NCBI RefSeq assembly: GCF_018350175.1
Contig: NC_058368.1
Coordinates: 129,582,001 to 129,646,000 of the forward strand
Length of the DNA: 64,000 nt
Direction of reading: 5' to 3'
From: Felis catus
Lineage: Eukaryota
Both the position numbers and the translations under genes were made by a program. Positions 24,874 to 38,575 of this stretch are shown here, one piece after another. The notes beneath the pieces were generated by a model. That model saw only the letters and a list, made by a program, of their open reading frames with translations, made no database searches and was not told where the DNA came from. Position 1 is the first letter of the stretch. Each line of letters begins with the position of its first letter.

Positions 24874-25096
24874 TTTTTTTTTTTTAATCTTGGTTCATTT
24901 TTAAGAGAGAGACAAACAGACAGACAAAACACGAGTGCAGGAGGGACAGAGAGAGAGGGAGACACAGAACCTGAAGCAGGCTCCAGACTCCGGGCTGTCA
25001 GCACGGAGCCCCACGCGGGGCTGGAACCCACAAAACACGAGATCATGACCTGAGCTGAAGTCGGATGCTTAACCATCTGAGCCACCCAGGTGCTCC
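24874..25096 (-). mobile_element. CAN SINE
   Basis: Antisense head, body and T tail. Confidence 0.9.
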
Positions 25097-25136
25097 AAAG
25101 TTAATTTCTTACCCAGATTTTGCCTGACATACTGAC

Positions 25137-25360
25137 TTTATTTTTATTTATTTATTTGTTTGTTTATTTATTTTTGAGACAGAGAGGGACAGAGTGTGAA
25201 CAGGGGAGGGCAGAAAGAGAGGGAGACATAGAATCAGAAGCAGGCTCCAGGATCTGAGCTGTCAGCACAGAGCTCAATGTGGGGCTCAAACTTGCAAATC
25301 ATGGGATCATAACCTGAGCTGAAGTCAGACGCCTAACCGACTGAGACACCCAGGCACCCC
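25137..25360 (-). mobile_element. CAN SINE
   Basis: Antisense head, body and T tail. Confidence 0.9.
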
Positions 25361-25576
25361 ACCTTACACACTCACTTTAAAACCCAATCCTCCAAAAATA
25401 TCCAGCTCAACTATACAAAAGATTGTTTTATTGTGGGTAGAATTTATCCCAACAGATTATGAATATGGGGGAATATATTTATGAGAAGGAATGTGGACCT
25501 TCTTTGACCCTCTCTTATTGGGGCTCATATGCTGTGGCTTATACTTCAGATACAGAAGATAGCTAAAGTCTGTCTT

Positions 25577-25607
25577 TTTTTAAATTTTTTGAAGTTTATT
25601 TATTTAT

Positions 25608-25653
<46 letters not shown>

Positions 25654-25819
25654 TGCCCACAAGCAGGGGAGGGGCAGAGAGAAGAGACAGAATCCCAAGC
25701 AGTCTTCGCAGCATTAGCATAGAAGCCGACGTGGGGCTCGAACTCACAAACTGTGAGATCATGATCTGAGCCAAGATCAAGAGTCAGACGCTTATCTGAC
25801 CTCACCACTCAGGCACCCC
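25577..25819 (-). mobile_element. CAN SINE with expanded (GA)n
   Basis: TSD ctaaagtctgtctt on both sides. Confidence 0.9.
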
Positions 25820-27439
25820 TAAAGTCTGTCTTAATGAAGGGTGGTAATCAGGCCCCTGCAAAAAGGTTGCAGACCGGGAGCTGAGGAGAGAGGCCCGATA
25901 AGGATCCTGTGGGAGGTCTTGGCCTCTGGACTCCAGAAGGGTTCGAATCTAGGATTCAAAGTTAAAGAGTTGGGGAATCTGTATTATAATTTCTTCTGTT
26001 ATCCCTTACTTTTCAGTGCAGTGTTTGTTTTTTAGTCATGAGACACGATCTGGGCTCTGCTTTGGGCCAAGTGGCTAAGGGTTATAGAAAGGGAGATAGG
26101 CAATAGCCTTGGAAAGGCAAAATCAAAAAGATTAGAGCATCCATAAAGAATAGAACAGCTGCCTGGGTCTGGTCTCAGTTGCTGTACCTCATGGTTAAGA
26201 AGCTTTCCATCAAAAACATTCTACTCTAGTTAATACCTGTCCTCTGCAAGCACGTGTTAAATGGAAGTCGCGGTACGTTATCCCTCAGCAAAGGAATGGG
26301 GAAATTCCTCTCAGAAAAGGCAGGACGAGGCCTTGAGAAAGGATGTTCCCATGCCAACAGGAACCCAGCACAGCCCTAGATGTCCCTTCTAACTGCATGG
26401 GTCACTCATCCTGTAACCGCCATTTTATCCCTGGGAAGAAAGAACCAAAATGAGAGACCCTGAATGACGGGGTTTGGGTGCTGACAGGATGACTATAGAG
26501 AAAAACCATAGAACCTTCTTCTTTCCTATTTTGCTTCCTTATCCATCCTCCCCACTCCATCTCAGTGAAATCTGTCATTATTTCCCAGTTCAGATTTCAC
26601 ATGTCAACAAAAAAATTAGGACTGCTTTATAAACACTGGTCCTACCGTGCCAGGCAATTGGCAAGAAGTTACAAGACTATGCAGTCTCTACTTGCTTTTT
26701 ATTGCAGAACAGCACATTCCTGGAGACCATGTCATAAAGTGGATCATTGAAAAGCAAATTACATTTTCCCACAGGAACAATGTCATAATTAGAGGCTGTA
26801 TTCCTGACAAAGGACTTGGCTTCATGTAAACAGTAGACATGAACAAAAATATTTCACAAAAGCAAAGATTCAAGAGCCATAAATCCTTATAATTGTTTAA
26901 AATAATAAAATTTTCTCCAAGTATTATAAACCAGGCAAGATTGGAGGGAGGACACATTGATTATTCAGGGACTCCAGTGTACCATAAAGTGTATAATAAA
27001 ATATAACTACTGTGTCATAAATTAGAACCTGAAACGAACTTTAATATAGTCATTACACACTTAATTAGCAATGGGAAGGCTGTAGAGTACCATGGTTAAA
27101 ATGTGGTGTTGTGTGTTAGGGCGTCTCATCTGCAGACTTGCCCTCTAGACCGCGAGCTCTGCGAGGCCAGAGGCTGGACATGCACGTGGAGATAGGTAGA
27201 ACCATCACAGAGCCCGACTCAAAACCATTTTTACAATGAACCATCAGGTTCGGGTTCTGGCTTGGAGTAAGTAAATGACCTTGTCTGGGTTCTCGTCTCT
27301 GAACTGTAAAGTCTCTAAGGTCCCTATGAACTCCACGATTCTAGGACTGCCATTTTGCTCCCTTACACTTCACAGGAGTTTCTGGGGGTGGCCAACTATT
27401 ACTTTGGTGAACCTCAACGTGAAACTACAAGTATTCATC

Positions 27440-27912
27440 CCCTTGAGTTACCCCGAGCCACATTCTGGGCTTGGCCAGGTCAATGGCTCTGGTCACTGGG
27501 ATTTTGGCATACAATATACAAGCAGAGGCTTAATAAGTACTTGCACATTGGGGCTTGCTCCCTTGGAACACTCCCTCTGGGAACCCAGGTACCATGCTGT
27601 GATGATCCCAAGACCCATGGAGAGGCCACATGGGAGAGAACCAAGCCCTTATGGTAGACCACCCCAGGGGAGCTCCCAGCCAACCACCAGCACCACTAGC
27701 CTCAAGGGCTAGTCATGAATGAGAGTAAGCATCCTGGAGGTTACAGCTCACCTGAGCCCCCAGAAGACAGCAGCCCCAGCTGCCATCATATAGGGCAGAA
27801 ACCTCCCAACTGAGCTCATTCAACCCGTAGCATCATGAAAGATCATAAAACAATTGTTGCTTCAAGATACTAAATGTGGGGGTAGAATTACACAGCGAGA
27901 GCTAAATGAATC
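27440..27912 (+). mobile_element. MLT1F/G/H-like MaLR LTR
   Basis: ccatgctgtg...ggagaggccacatggg...cccagccaacc...aattgttgcttcaag motifs. Confidence 0.65.
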
Positions 27913-29229
27913 TCCAAGACATGACTTAAATGGCTTTAGGCTCTTGTAAAAACACTCCATCCAAGAGTGAGTGAATAATGTCTATTTTTCTCCATGTGGG
28001 TTTTCCTACACTGGGAAACATTCAAAATATTCCATTTATCTTAAAATAGACTTAAAATACTGTAGTAGTGTTCCATAGCTATTTGTAGTAGATAAAGATG
28101 TTTCCTCTTCCTGAAAAATATTTTTCCTCTTTACCTTCTCTTGAGAAAGTAAAGTTGTTCAAATGCACAATCAAGTAAAGGTCACAAGGAAATGATAGGT
28201 GCTATTCAGTCATTCTCCTTGACACTTTGTTGACAGTTCTCAGAACATTCCCTCACTACTGATAATCTGTAAAAACAATTATCAAGCAAAGCAGAGACTT
28301 GAAAATAAGACAATGGCAGGGTATGTGGTAGGGCAGAACTCTCTTTTTTCCTGATTTAAAAACAAAAACAAAAAAAAACTGTCGGCATTCAGAGCTGGGG
28401 AGAAGTGAGCAGATTTGTATGAGGTGATACATTTTCTTAAAGTAAGGGGGTGAGACCCTCAGCTTTCCTCCAGGAGGTTCAAAATTACCAACACCTGTCA
28501 GGAGTGCCCCCAATCAAGGCTCAGTGACGAGACAAGGAGAGCAATGAAGTAAAGACAGCATGGGAGTAGCAAGAGACTGAGTCAGGGGACCAGCCCCTGC
28601 GTGAAGGAAACAAGTCAAAGGATGAGTGATTCTGGACTGATACTGTGCTCTGGGGAAGTAGCTGTGTGGGTGAATTAAAAAAAAAATTCTTCAAGTCAGA
28701 CCACCTGTTCAACTTTGATATGAAATTCCTCTGGCCAGTCTTTAACAGGGGGTGGAAGATGATCTTTCCTCAGACCTTGAAGAAGCAGCCTAGGAGGACT
28801 GCCCCGGTGCTTGACATATCAGCCACTTTCCCCAGACATTCCCATCCTGTCATCCCGGGAATGATGAGGCCTTTGATTTCCCAGATTTTACTGTGTCATC
28901 AGGTCTGCAGCTTGAGGATGCATTAACCCAACCAGAAATGAGTTTCCAGGGGAGGATGCAGCTTGCTGTCACTCTTAGGAGTCATGCCTGAACTCCGGAT
29001 ACAGCAGCACGATAGGACGCCTAAGCTCCCAGAAATCATCCCAAGAGGGTAGAACCAGGGGAGCCAGCCATTCAAATGTGTGAGATGGCTCAAGCCGTTT
29101 AATTGGAATCCTAAAAAGAGATGTGGTTTTACATCCTACTTCGAAGCTGGTAAAGTAGGTTGTATCCACGTGGGGCACTTCACAACACCTCTCACATCAT
29201 CCAAAATGGGTATAAGAAGCACATAATCT

Positions 29230-29440
29230 TTGATGAATGCTTCCATGTGCCAGGCACTATTCTAGATTTTTACCTGTCCTGTTCATTTCATGCTTGCATA
29301 TAATTACAAGGTGGGCGATTCACAGAGGGAACTGGGGCGCAGGAAAGTATCCTAATGTTCCCCAGATTATCCAACCAGTAAGCCGTGAAGCCAGGATTCA
29401 GACCCAGAGGTTCACTCAACTCCCAAGCCAAGCTTGCTGC
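29230..29440 (-). mobile_element. MIR
   Basis: atgtgccaggcact...gaagccaggattcagacccag. Confidence 0.65.
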
Positions 29441-30242
29441 CTTCCTCACACCGCAAACATTCTGCTTTGTCACACTGAATGTTAGAAGGCGAATGGCAAG
29501 GGAAGTCTTCAATGGACCTGAAGGTGAGAAAAAAAACAGGCTGCAGCAATTATCTCAGGGACATGCTTTTTCTGTATTTTCCATTATAATTTAATTAGTA
29601 TACTCAGTAATCTTACCAAGTGAAGACAGACCTGTTTTTAGCACCTACCCGAATGTAAGACCATAAACCACCTGTCAACACCCTCGCTAGAGCTTGTCAA
29701 GATACCACAAGGGAGGTGAAATGGGTGCTTGAGGAGGGCGGTCCTGCTGACAAAGCTCAGAACTCCGCTCTCCAGTTGCGATTGGCCTGGCTCGTTTTGT
29801 CTGGAGCACTCTGTCACACGGCTCCTTACAGGCTTCAGGCTCTGCACGCGTATTGTTATTGTCAATTAGCAAAGGTATTTGCCATTGATATAGCACTTCC
29901 TTTCTGCAAAGCCTTTTCTTTGGGTGTTTGTGCTTGGCTGGTCTGTAGGGCCCTGCTCTGTTTGCACTGACATCACCTTCTCAGGATGATTCCTGTGGGT
30001 TAAATGATTTGCTTATGGCAATTGCAGAGATGCATGTTAGAGAATACCAGATGAGCAATCGACAGAAAGGAGAGGAAGAGCACCGCTAGCTAGTTGTTTA
30101 GGGGAGTCCAGTAAAGCTCAGAAAGCCAGCAGCTTGATTTTATTTGTTGCTATTTACAATCATAAAAGTACTATTATTAAAGATGCTCTTTTACAATCTA
30201 TAGCTCCTTTGCAGTTTGAGGGATCCCGAAGGGTTTGGCAAA

Positions 30243-30246
<4 letters not shown>

Positions 30247-30284
<38 letters not shown>
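30247..30284. repeat. (TG)n microsatellite
   Basis: Pure run. Confidence 0.95.
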
Positions 30285-30286
<2 letters not shown>

Positions 30287-31028
30287 CTTCACTGTTTTCA
30301 CGTAGCCATTGCCCTTCCTTCCCTCTCAAGGAGCCTCTTACTAACAGCAGAGCGATGACAGTAGCAGTAATAACAGAAAAAGCCAAAATTTAGGTATTGT
30401 ATTTCTGCCCACCCCCGCAACTCTGCCTAGTGTTAAAAAGGAGCTGGTCTCTGCCCTCACGATCCATTCCGTTTTCTCGGCAGCAAAAGGTGGTGGCGGT
30501 TCAGCACGTGTGGGTGAGGGTGGAGGTCATGCCTCTTTGCACCACCGGGGAGAATTAGAGCCAACTGAAACTGCAAACGTCAATAGGCGAAAGGCTGCAA
30601 AGAATTCCAGCTCGAAATCTTAAGCTTTGCTCCTGTTTGTTATGGTGAAACATAGATTTTAATGCCCTAAAGACACTGAAACCATAACGCCAACTCTAAG
30701 AATGTGAAACAAAAGAAACCCAGGGTTAGGTCCTAAAGTATGAGATTCAGAGGAAATGAGTTGAAGGTTGAAATAGAAAAACACAGACACGTGCAGTGTG
30801 AAAGCAAAAAAAAGTCTCAAGGCTAAGAGCTGCATTAACAACTCTGAGAGATTATCAAATTCCAAAGTCCCCAAGCCTCCAGCCCCAGAGCCCCAGGACC
30901 TTGCTGAAGGCATGCTGTTTCTGGGGACTGTTTCCCCTTTGTTATTTAGCCCAGCTCTCTGTGGACCCAGAATCCGTATCTAGGAAATCATGATCATCTC
31001 CTGGAATTAGAAGGAGATTTTTACTTAC

Positions 31029-31070
31029 CTGAAGATTTGAAAGGCTGTATCTGGTACCAGCTTTTGCTCG
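31029..31070 (-). pseudogene. Candidate small exon (42 nt)
   Basis: Acceptor cttctcgaacttctctggcag|C and consensus donor TTCAG|gtaagt; no stop in any frame. Confidence 0.4.
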
Positions 31071-31189
31071 CTGCCAGAGAAGTTCGAGAAGTAAGGGTTT
31101 TTTTTTTTTCATCTTTTCCTCCCCCTTAAAAAGATAGTAGGTTAGACTCTGCATAGTTTGGTTATGCTGTACTTTATTCTTAAAGAGTT

Positions 31190-31450
31190 TAATTATTTAA
31201 CAAATACATTTATGGCTCTTACCATGTGCCACACACCATTTGAAGTACTTAGCAACATCACTCATTCAATTGTCGTAACAACCTTTAGAGACAGGTACTA
31301 TTTTACAGAAGAAATGTACAGAGCAGGAAATGGAGGCACAGAGACATTAAATAACATGCCTGAGGTCACACAGCATACGAGTGGTAAAGCCAAGATTCAG
31401 ACCCAGAAGTCCAGCTCAAATCCATTTTTACCCCTGTGCCCTGCTGCTTC
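31190..31450 (-). mobile_element. MIR
   Basis: ggaaatggaggcacagag...tgcctgaggtcacacagc...gccaagattcagacccag. Confidence 0.75.
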
Positions 31451-31486
31451 CTAAATTATGCATGCAAATTCTGACAGGCAGTTTTT

Positions 31487-31706
31487 TAAATTTTTTTTTC
31501 AACGTTTTTTATTTTATTTTTGGGACAGAGAGAGACAGAGCATGAACGGGGGAGGGGCAGAGAGAGAGGGAGACACAGAATCGGAAACAGGCTCCAGGCT
31601 CCGAGCCATCAGCCCAGAGCCTGAGGCGGGGCTCAAACTCACGGACCGCGAGATCGTGACCTGGCTGAAGTCGGACGCTTAACCGACTGCGCCACCCAAG
31701 CGCCCC
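31487..31706 (-). mobile_element. Young SINEC_Fc
   Basis: TSD ctgacaggcagttttt at 31471 and 31706. Confidence 0.93.
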
Positions 31707-31989
31707 TGACAGGCAGTTTTTAGTGGAACACCAGGAAAACATTATCAAAGCAAAGGACAATGAAAAGTTATAATTTTGGAGAATGGATATGCCTGGATAT
31801 ATTTTTATAGATTGCTCCCATGAAAATCTTACTTTTAAAATCATGTCTTAAATTCTAAGACATTTTTCTCCTAAAGGAGCTGTGCATTCATTAGAGGTAC
31901 TTCATTTTGTCTTCTCTAACTGCTTTATAACGTCAAAGAAGAGAGGGTGGGTGGAGGTAAGAAGGGTTTGACATACACTGGAGGACAGA

Positions 31990-32235
31990 GCAGAGTGATA
32001 ATTCCGCACGTTTTAAATCCTGGCTTTGACACTTATTAGTCATGTAACTTGGAACAAGGTCCTTATCTTTCTGTGCCTCTGTTTCCTAAGGTAGGAGGGT
32101 GATAACATTACCTGCCTCATAGGTTCTTGTGAGAAGTAATGTAATCATTGAAATAACATAATAATTGAATAAGATAATAGTTGAAATAGTACACATAAAG
32201 CACTTGGAGGGCCTGCCACATAGTGAGCCCCCATG
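31990..32235 (+). mobile_element. MIR
   Basis: aaatcctggctttgacacttattag...ctgtgcctctgtttcct. Confidence 0.65.
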
Positions 32236-33409
32236 AAAACTGGGAAACTGGGCAGTGGGACGGAATGAGAACTAACTAGAAGACCTGAAACTGATAGAGC
32301 CAGTCTCCCCTTGGTGTTAGTTCCCTGAGGGAACTTGGGTGTGGCGTCGACCGAGGGCTGCCCAGCTTTGAGATGCCACCCGCAGTTTAGTTCCTGAAGT
32401 CCTTGCCTCTCGCCTCCGCCTCCGAGGGCCCACCTAGCCACGCCAGCCCCTGCCCCATTCCCTGTGCACCCTGCTGACCCCAGTCAGGGCCTTGCTGGCT
32501 AGCTCACATTCAGCGCTGGCCTCCAGGGGTGGGGCTGCAGCTTAGGCTGCCCACAGGCCATTTTGAGGGCTGATTGGCTTGGTCCCGACAAGTGCAAGGG
32601 AATGGAGTCTCAGCAGAAATGTGTGCTTGTTGAAGCAATATTGTGAAATGATAGAGTAATATAGTGAAAGCTTTTCCTTACCCTATTGCTTCATCACGCT
32701 CCCCAGAAAAAAAAGCCCAGTTAACAAGATGGAGACTTCTTTATCATTCCACACTTTTCTGTACTTACACACGCACACACACACACAGACACACACACAC
32801 AGGGCTATTCTTTTCACAAAAAAAAAAAAGAGGGGGGAGATGGGGAGGACCATACTGTTTACAGTCTTCCAAATACGTCACACACACCTTTCCAAGACAG
32901 AACACAGAACTCATTTTTACCAACTGCCTATTCTTTCATTGCACGAAGCTCCAAATTTCATTTAAACCACTGCCCCAGTGATAGTTGTTTTGGTTTTTAG
33001 TGTTTGTTGTTGATTGGGTTTTTGCCGTGTCTCTCAATGAGCCTGTGAAAATCCTCATACACATGTACAAGTATTTCTGCAAGAAAGATTCGTCGAAATG
33101 CAACTGCTGGGTCATAACATGTACGTATTCTTAACTTTTTAATATATGCTCCAAATTGAGGTAGAACCCATTTTCTAGATAAAATGCGAATTCTTGTAAT
33201 GATTGCTGGGCTATATTGCTATGATTGTTATGATTAAAACAACTTAAAACTCGTGATTTGGAGAACGTGGTATTACGATACAACATTAAGCCAACCACAT
33301 CCTGTAATTAAAGCTTAGAAGATACATCAGAGAAAGACAAAAAGAACCAGTTCTAAGATATGTGGCTCCCTAATGACATGTATTGGAAGCTAGTCAGTGC
33401 CTGATATTT

Positions 33410-33545
33410 CCCTGTGGTGGCTCTCACAATTACTCTAAGAAGTTGTGCGAGCCCCAGACCCGTTTGAATCAGAATCTTCGGAGGTGTGGCTTGAGTTTGC
33501 AAATGTTTCCAGGTGATTCTGAAATATGGTGAGATCAAGAATCAT
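33410..33545. mobile_element. MER5A-like hAT-Charlie MITE
   Basis: tgaatcagaatct...ccaggtgattctga motifs. Confidence 0.6.
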
Positions 33546-36500
33546 AGGCACGCTCCTTGCTAATTTTGCAATTTCTGAAGTCTTAGCAAAAGAAGTAATT
33601 CAACCATCACTGGCATGACAATTATAAAAGAACATTAAAGGGCAGTTGTAAAGGTAGCGTTTTGTAGATTTTAAATGGACAGAAGTTATAAAAAGATACA
33701 CAACCTCAAATATTTTTTATTCTCTTGAATTATTCATCACGTAAAAGATGGTTGTTCCCAACGAGGATAAGAGTATTTGTAACAGGCAGATGTCTGATTC
33801 CACAGAAATCAAACAATAGAATCAGTTTGGATGTTGAAAAAAGAAAGAACAGATGGAGCCAGGCAGGGTTAATGCATATAGTGTGAATCAAATAGAACTT
33901 TCTGAAGCCCCAAACCATGGAAAAAAATGCTTTGGAAGGCCAGGGCTCTCCAAGCTTCAGTTTTTAGGAAGAGATGGGCACAGCCCAGTAAGAGGCAGAT
34001 AACAAGGCCTGGTAAATGATTGTTATTATGATAGTAGTGAAATCACATCACAAGAGATGAAAAAGCAATAAAAGAAGAGACATCAGCACAGGAGGAGGTC
34101 AGGCCAGCGGCCAGCTCCGGTTCTTGTCAAAAGCCAGGAATGATTCATAACGTCATAAAAAGGGATTGCAGAACAGGGGCTTGTGAGAGGCTGTTACAGG
34201 ATTAAAACCCAGTCCCTCTTCTGCGTGGTGTGTGAGTGTGTTGGCCTTTTTCTTCTTCTCCCACTGGAATCTTTGTGTCAAATGAAAAGTCAGCTATTCT
34301 AAACCAGCAAGAAAGATTTCATGCCAACGTGTGCTGTTGAATTGCACCTTTTTCTAATAGTTAGTGAGCACTCCATATTTCAAGTCGTACTGACTATATA
34401 GCCTGATAGCACCGTATCCAGTGATCACTAAGTAATTTAGTATTTAGGATTCTCTTTTCTAATTTTGTTACAGAAACAATCTTCCATGCCTTTCCAACCT
34501 CTTGTTAAGATTAGGGTATGGTTATGAGAGCTTAGAAAACGTATTCAGTAAAAACCCACAGATGGAGTCAGGTACATCTTGAGAAGTGGAACGGCACCTA
34601 GAATCCTACAGCTGGAAAACAGCAATCAGGACAAGGAAATGCATGATAATCCTATGGATTTCAGCATCCCTGCTCCCGGGCAAGACTGGGCCCCAGGGCT
34701 TCCAAGAAGAAATAAACGAGGAGCCCAAAACGAGCTAGTCAAAGACACTGCAGTCAATCCAATCCAAAGAATTAGCCCACAACCAGACAAAGGACTTTGT
34801 GTGATAGTAAATAAAGCAAAACAAAAATAGAAACATCCAACCATGACTTTCCACTACCTTCAAGACAGTGATGGGAGCCCCTCCTTAGGAGACAGAATAC
34901 TCCTGCCTGTATCTCCGTCAAGCATGTGTGTTGAGTATCAGCCTTGCGACCCTTGCTATCTTGACCCCAGTTGTAATTTTAATGGCAGAAAAAAGAATCC
35001 TTATTCCTTCCCTCGAAGGTTGTTTAAAAAAATCTCATGGGCTCTTGCACACATCTTAAAACAAAATTCAAGTTCATTTCATTTTTTCAATAAATATATT
35101 TCACCCTAAGAAGATCACAGGAGCAAAATAAGAATAAGGCATGAATGGGATAATGCTAGTACCAAAGCTTGGGAATTCCTGAATTCGGAAAAGTATAAAG
35201 TACTCCTTCAGAACGCACTAAGGTTAGATTCCCTCAACAGAGGATGTGTGGAGAAGGAAACATGGAGAAGGAAATATAGAAAGTAAAGGTACACGGGGAC
35301 CTGCTCTGGAAAGAAAGAAGGTAACCTGTAGAGGGAAGAAAAGTGTCACACAGAAGTGGAGAGCCTTGAAGATAAAAATGACGATGACTCTCCTACGGGA
35401 AGGAGCCCACAGCACGCTCATAGCAAAATCCCTTATAGCACTTGCTCAGGAATAGAGAAAAGAAAATGGGGCAGGGAAATGTCACATGGTATACATTCTA
35501 GACAATGTAGCTTTGCTATTTTAGTATTGATTTTTAGTGTTCATTCCAAGACCCTTTGGCTTCTTTGTGGAGCATGCCACACAGAAAGAAATTAATGTAA
35601 TAACTGCACAAAAAGTGTTAACAAATACACACCAACAGTGACTGTGTCTGCCTCCTAACTTTTGCCCCTTACTGGTTGATCCGAAGCCACCAAATCTCCC
35701 ACACCTGTCTTCTGGACTACTGCCCCATAAGAACAGTGGATCCTGATTCTTTTTTATTATTGTCCCTCTAATTGACTAACCGTAAAGCTGGTTTGTATGT
35801 TTAAACATTAAGATCTGGATTGACTTTCCAATCTTCTTCACTCAGTCTCTCAACCGATAAGCGTGGGCCACATTTCCGCCAAGAGCTCACCTGGTAAGTG
35901 CAACCCTTTCTGGCTTTCGGGCTAGATTCTCATTCACATTTCGTAGGTGAATCTTGAAGGTAATGAAAATATGAGTTGGTGGAAAGAATGGGAATAAGAA
36001 GACAAAGCACTCCAGAATTTCACTGTGACCCTCTTGCTGTAATATCAACTACCACACATTTACAAAGATCTGTGGTCTGTCTGGGCGCTGTGTGGGGAGG
36101 AAGAGAGTGGCCACTCATCACCAACCTGGACCAGTTAACTAAGGAGCAGAGATTAAATGCCTGGGCAGAGGACTTACTCTCTCACCTTGTGTTTGCTACC
36201 TTTTCCCGTTCCATTTCAGGGATGGTGGGTCCCACACGTTGATCCCTACTGTGTTTCTAACATAGCCAGCCAGCGTTTAATGGGGAAAGGCACAAGAGGG
36301 ACTGACAACTATTTCAGCCTTTTCCTCTAAGTGAACATTCTTTTTTTCCTTCCCTTCTGCATTATCGTGCTACGGTACTTTAAACTTCTCCCATCATTAA
36401 GCCTTCTGAGTGAAATATTGAACTGATTAATGTGGCATTTTCCACTAAACTGTTCCAGGAAATGTTGCACCTTACCAGTGGGATGCTTTTGAATAATGTA

Positions 36501-37015
36501 ATCTCCTTAGTATAATTAAAACTAAGTTCTGAAGTTAGTACCTTTTCTCCCTGGAGACACTCATCAAAATGTCAAGTGTTCCTTCTAGTAGAACTGCAAT
36601 CCCATAATACAAACAAATATATTACCCATTGCTCCTTACTAGCAAGAGGCCCTGGCTGCATTTTTTTGTCACTTCGTGTCTAAACCTGAAGAAGCCACAT
36701 AAGAACTATGGTTACCGGAAGCTGTTGTGACATGAATACCCAGAAAAGTGTTCTGCGCTCACTGCCTGGTTTGCATTTACTAATATTTCTTTTGACTGTT
36801 TGTCCTCAACAGATGAACTTTTTGTTGTTGTGTTGTTATTTATGTGTAGAGAAAGTGTAGCTCTAAAAGCCTTTGGCTCTCCTAGGTTTTTGCTTAGTTT
36901 TACAGGGGAGAAAAAAAATCAGAGACGCACGCCCTCTTCTGGTGGAGAAGCACTTAGAAGAAGGACTGTGCGAACCTAGCAGGGTTTTCACTCGGTCTTT
37001 GAAGACTGCTTGCTA

Positions 37016-37121
37016 CCTTTTGGGATGAGTACTGGGTGTTGTATGGAAACCAATCTGACAATAAATTTCATATATTGAAAAAGAAATAAAGCAGGGTCAC
37101 TAAAAGCAAAAAAAAAAAAAA
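37016..37121 (+). mobile_element. Extremely 5'-truncated felid L1 with a short 3' tag
   Basis: gggatgagtactgggtgttgtatggaaaccaatctgacaataaatttcatatattg; TSD aagactgcttgcta at 37002-37015 and 37122-37135. Confidence 0.88.
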
Positions 37122-38500
37122 AAGACTGCTTGCTATATGGTGAATAATAACTGAATAATCGGCATTGTTGTCGATGTTTCCAGAATTCTTCTCTCTAAGG
37201 ACAGGATGAGGTCTGGCTTCAGAGAGTTGGTCCCAACTCGCTGGCTTTTAAATGCTCTAGAATAAGGCAGGTGGGTGCACCATTACCCAGGTGAGCAGGG
37301 AGGTTATTGAGAGGGATGATGTCCTTCTCTGGAACAGATATTAAATCTAAGACAAGGGTAAGTTCATTCAACAGATTCAGGAGACTTTCTTCTGAGCAAA
37401 TAGCTGAGAGAACCCAGTTTTTTTTTTTTTTTTGCTAATTACTGGCTTTCTGTAGAAACACTTGTTATTTTCTGATGATTGTTAAGTACTCCAATATTTT
37501 GCTTCCTCAAGATCATAGAATCTCTGAGAGCCCACACCACCTTTGAGGAGCCCTGTGCCTGAATAAAGTGGCCCTGCCAGTCTCCATCTGGGAAGTGACA
37601 AAGGAAAGCGCAGACTCTAAGAGACAGAAGGAGCCCAGCAGGACTTTGAAAGAGAAATATTCAGTGCTGGAGCGTGCTTCTTACCAAATAATGTTTTTAT
37701 TCTCTAGAAAACATGCGTGTTTCCCGTCTTTCCCTTGTGAAGGCCAGGCTGGCTGCACTTCACTTTGCCAGCCACCTAGTCATTAGCAAACAATGAGTGA
37801 CAGGACAGAGAGGAGAAAGGAAGTGAGCCTGCACAGGGGAATTATGAGAGGAGTGGCAAGGAGGAGAAAGTATCCAAGTATCGGGCTGGATGCTGCTCTG
37901 TTCACCGGGAGCTTCAGGGTGAGGAGAAAGGTGAGGCCATCAGGGCCACAGAAGGCTGTCTGCCGGCCACACACCTGTGGGCATGTGTACCTGGGGATTT
38001 GTGCGGCTGAGCGTGTACACACCCGTAGCGCTGGCTGGAGAAGATGGTTTTCTATATCTGATTTATAGGTAATCTATCTCGATTTCCAATGATGGAAACG
38101 CTGGGAGCAAATAATTCCAGAAAGAAGTTCTCTGAACATCTGTGTTAAAGCCCTTTGATGGCAAATATTAGAAACCCTCTTTAACTTAACGAAACACGGA
38201 ACTGATGGGGAAGAATCCTGGAGTGTCTCATACAATCCCAGGGCAGGAGTGGCACTGGGGGCTGAGCTGCTTGTTTTTCTGGAGCTGTGAATGAAAAAGT
38301 GAAGAAGTCAGGCAGGCGTCCTTGCTGCCTGCCTAGCTCTGTTCCCCCGGCGCCACATGCTGTCTAGTCTTTCTGCCTGCTTTATACCAGCTTTTTCCTT
38401 CTCTCTGTAATCTCTGCTTCGTGGTTGTGTGTCCAAACATGGGGGCCATGGCCCCAGAGCTTGATTGTCCTTGGTTCAAATGACCCATAGAACTGAATAC

Positions 38501-38575
38501 CTGGTATCCATTCATTCTGATCCCACATTTCCAGGAGAGACAGTTTGCTCCATCCTGCATTGTCTCCCCTGTTTT
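38501..38575 (-). pseudogene. Possible decayed exon (75 nt)
   Basis: Acceptor cttcccttcttttcgtggctgtctag|A and donor ACCAG|gtattc; length divisible by 3; one stop in the phase-2 frame. Confidence 0.25.

Noticed and set aside
27275..27712. 145-aa plus-strand ORF
   Set aside because: Runs through MIR and MLT1 LTR sequence.
36925..36950. CTCF-like motif (also near 32518)
   Set aside because: Core spacing or key bases mismatch the consensus.
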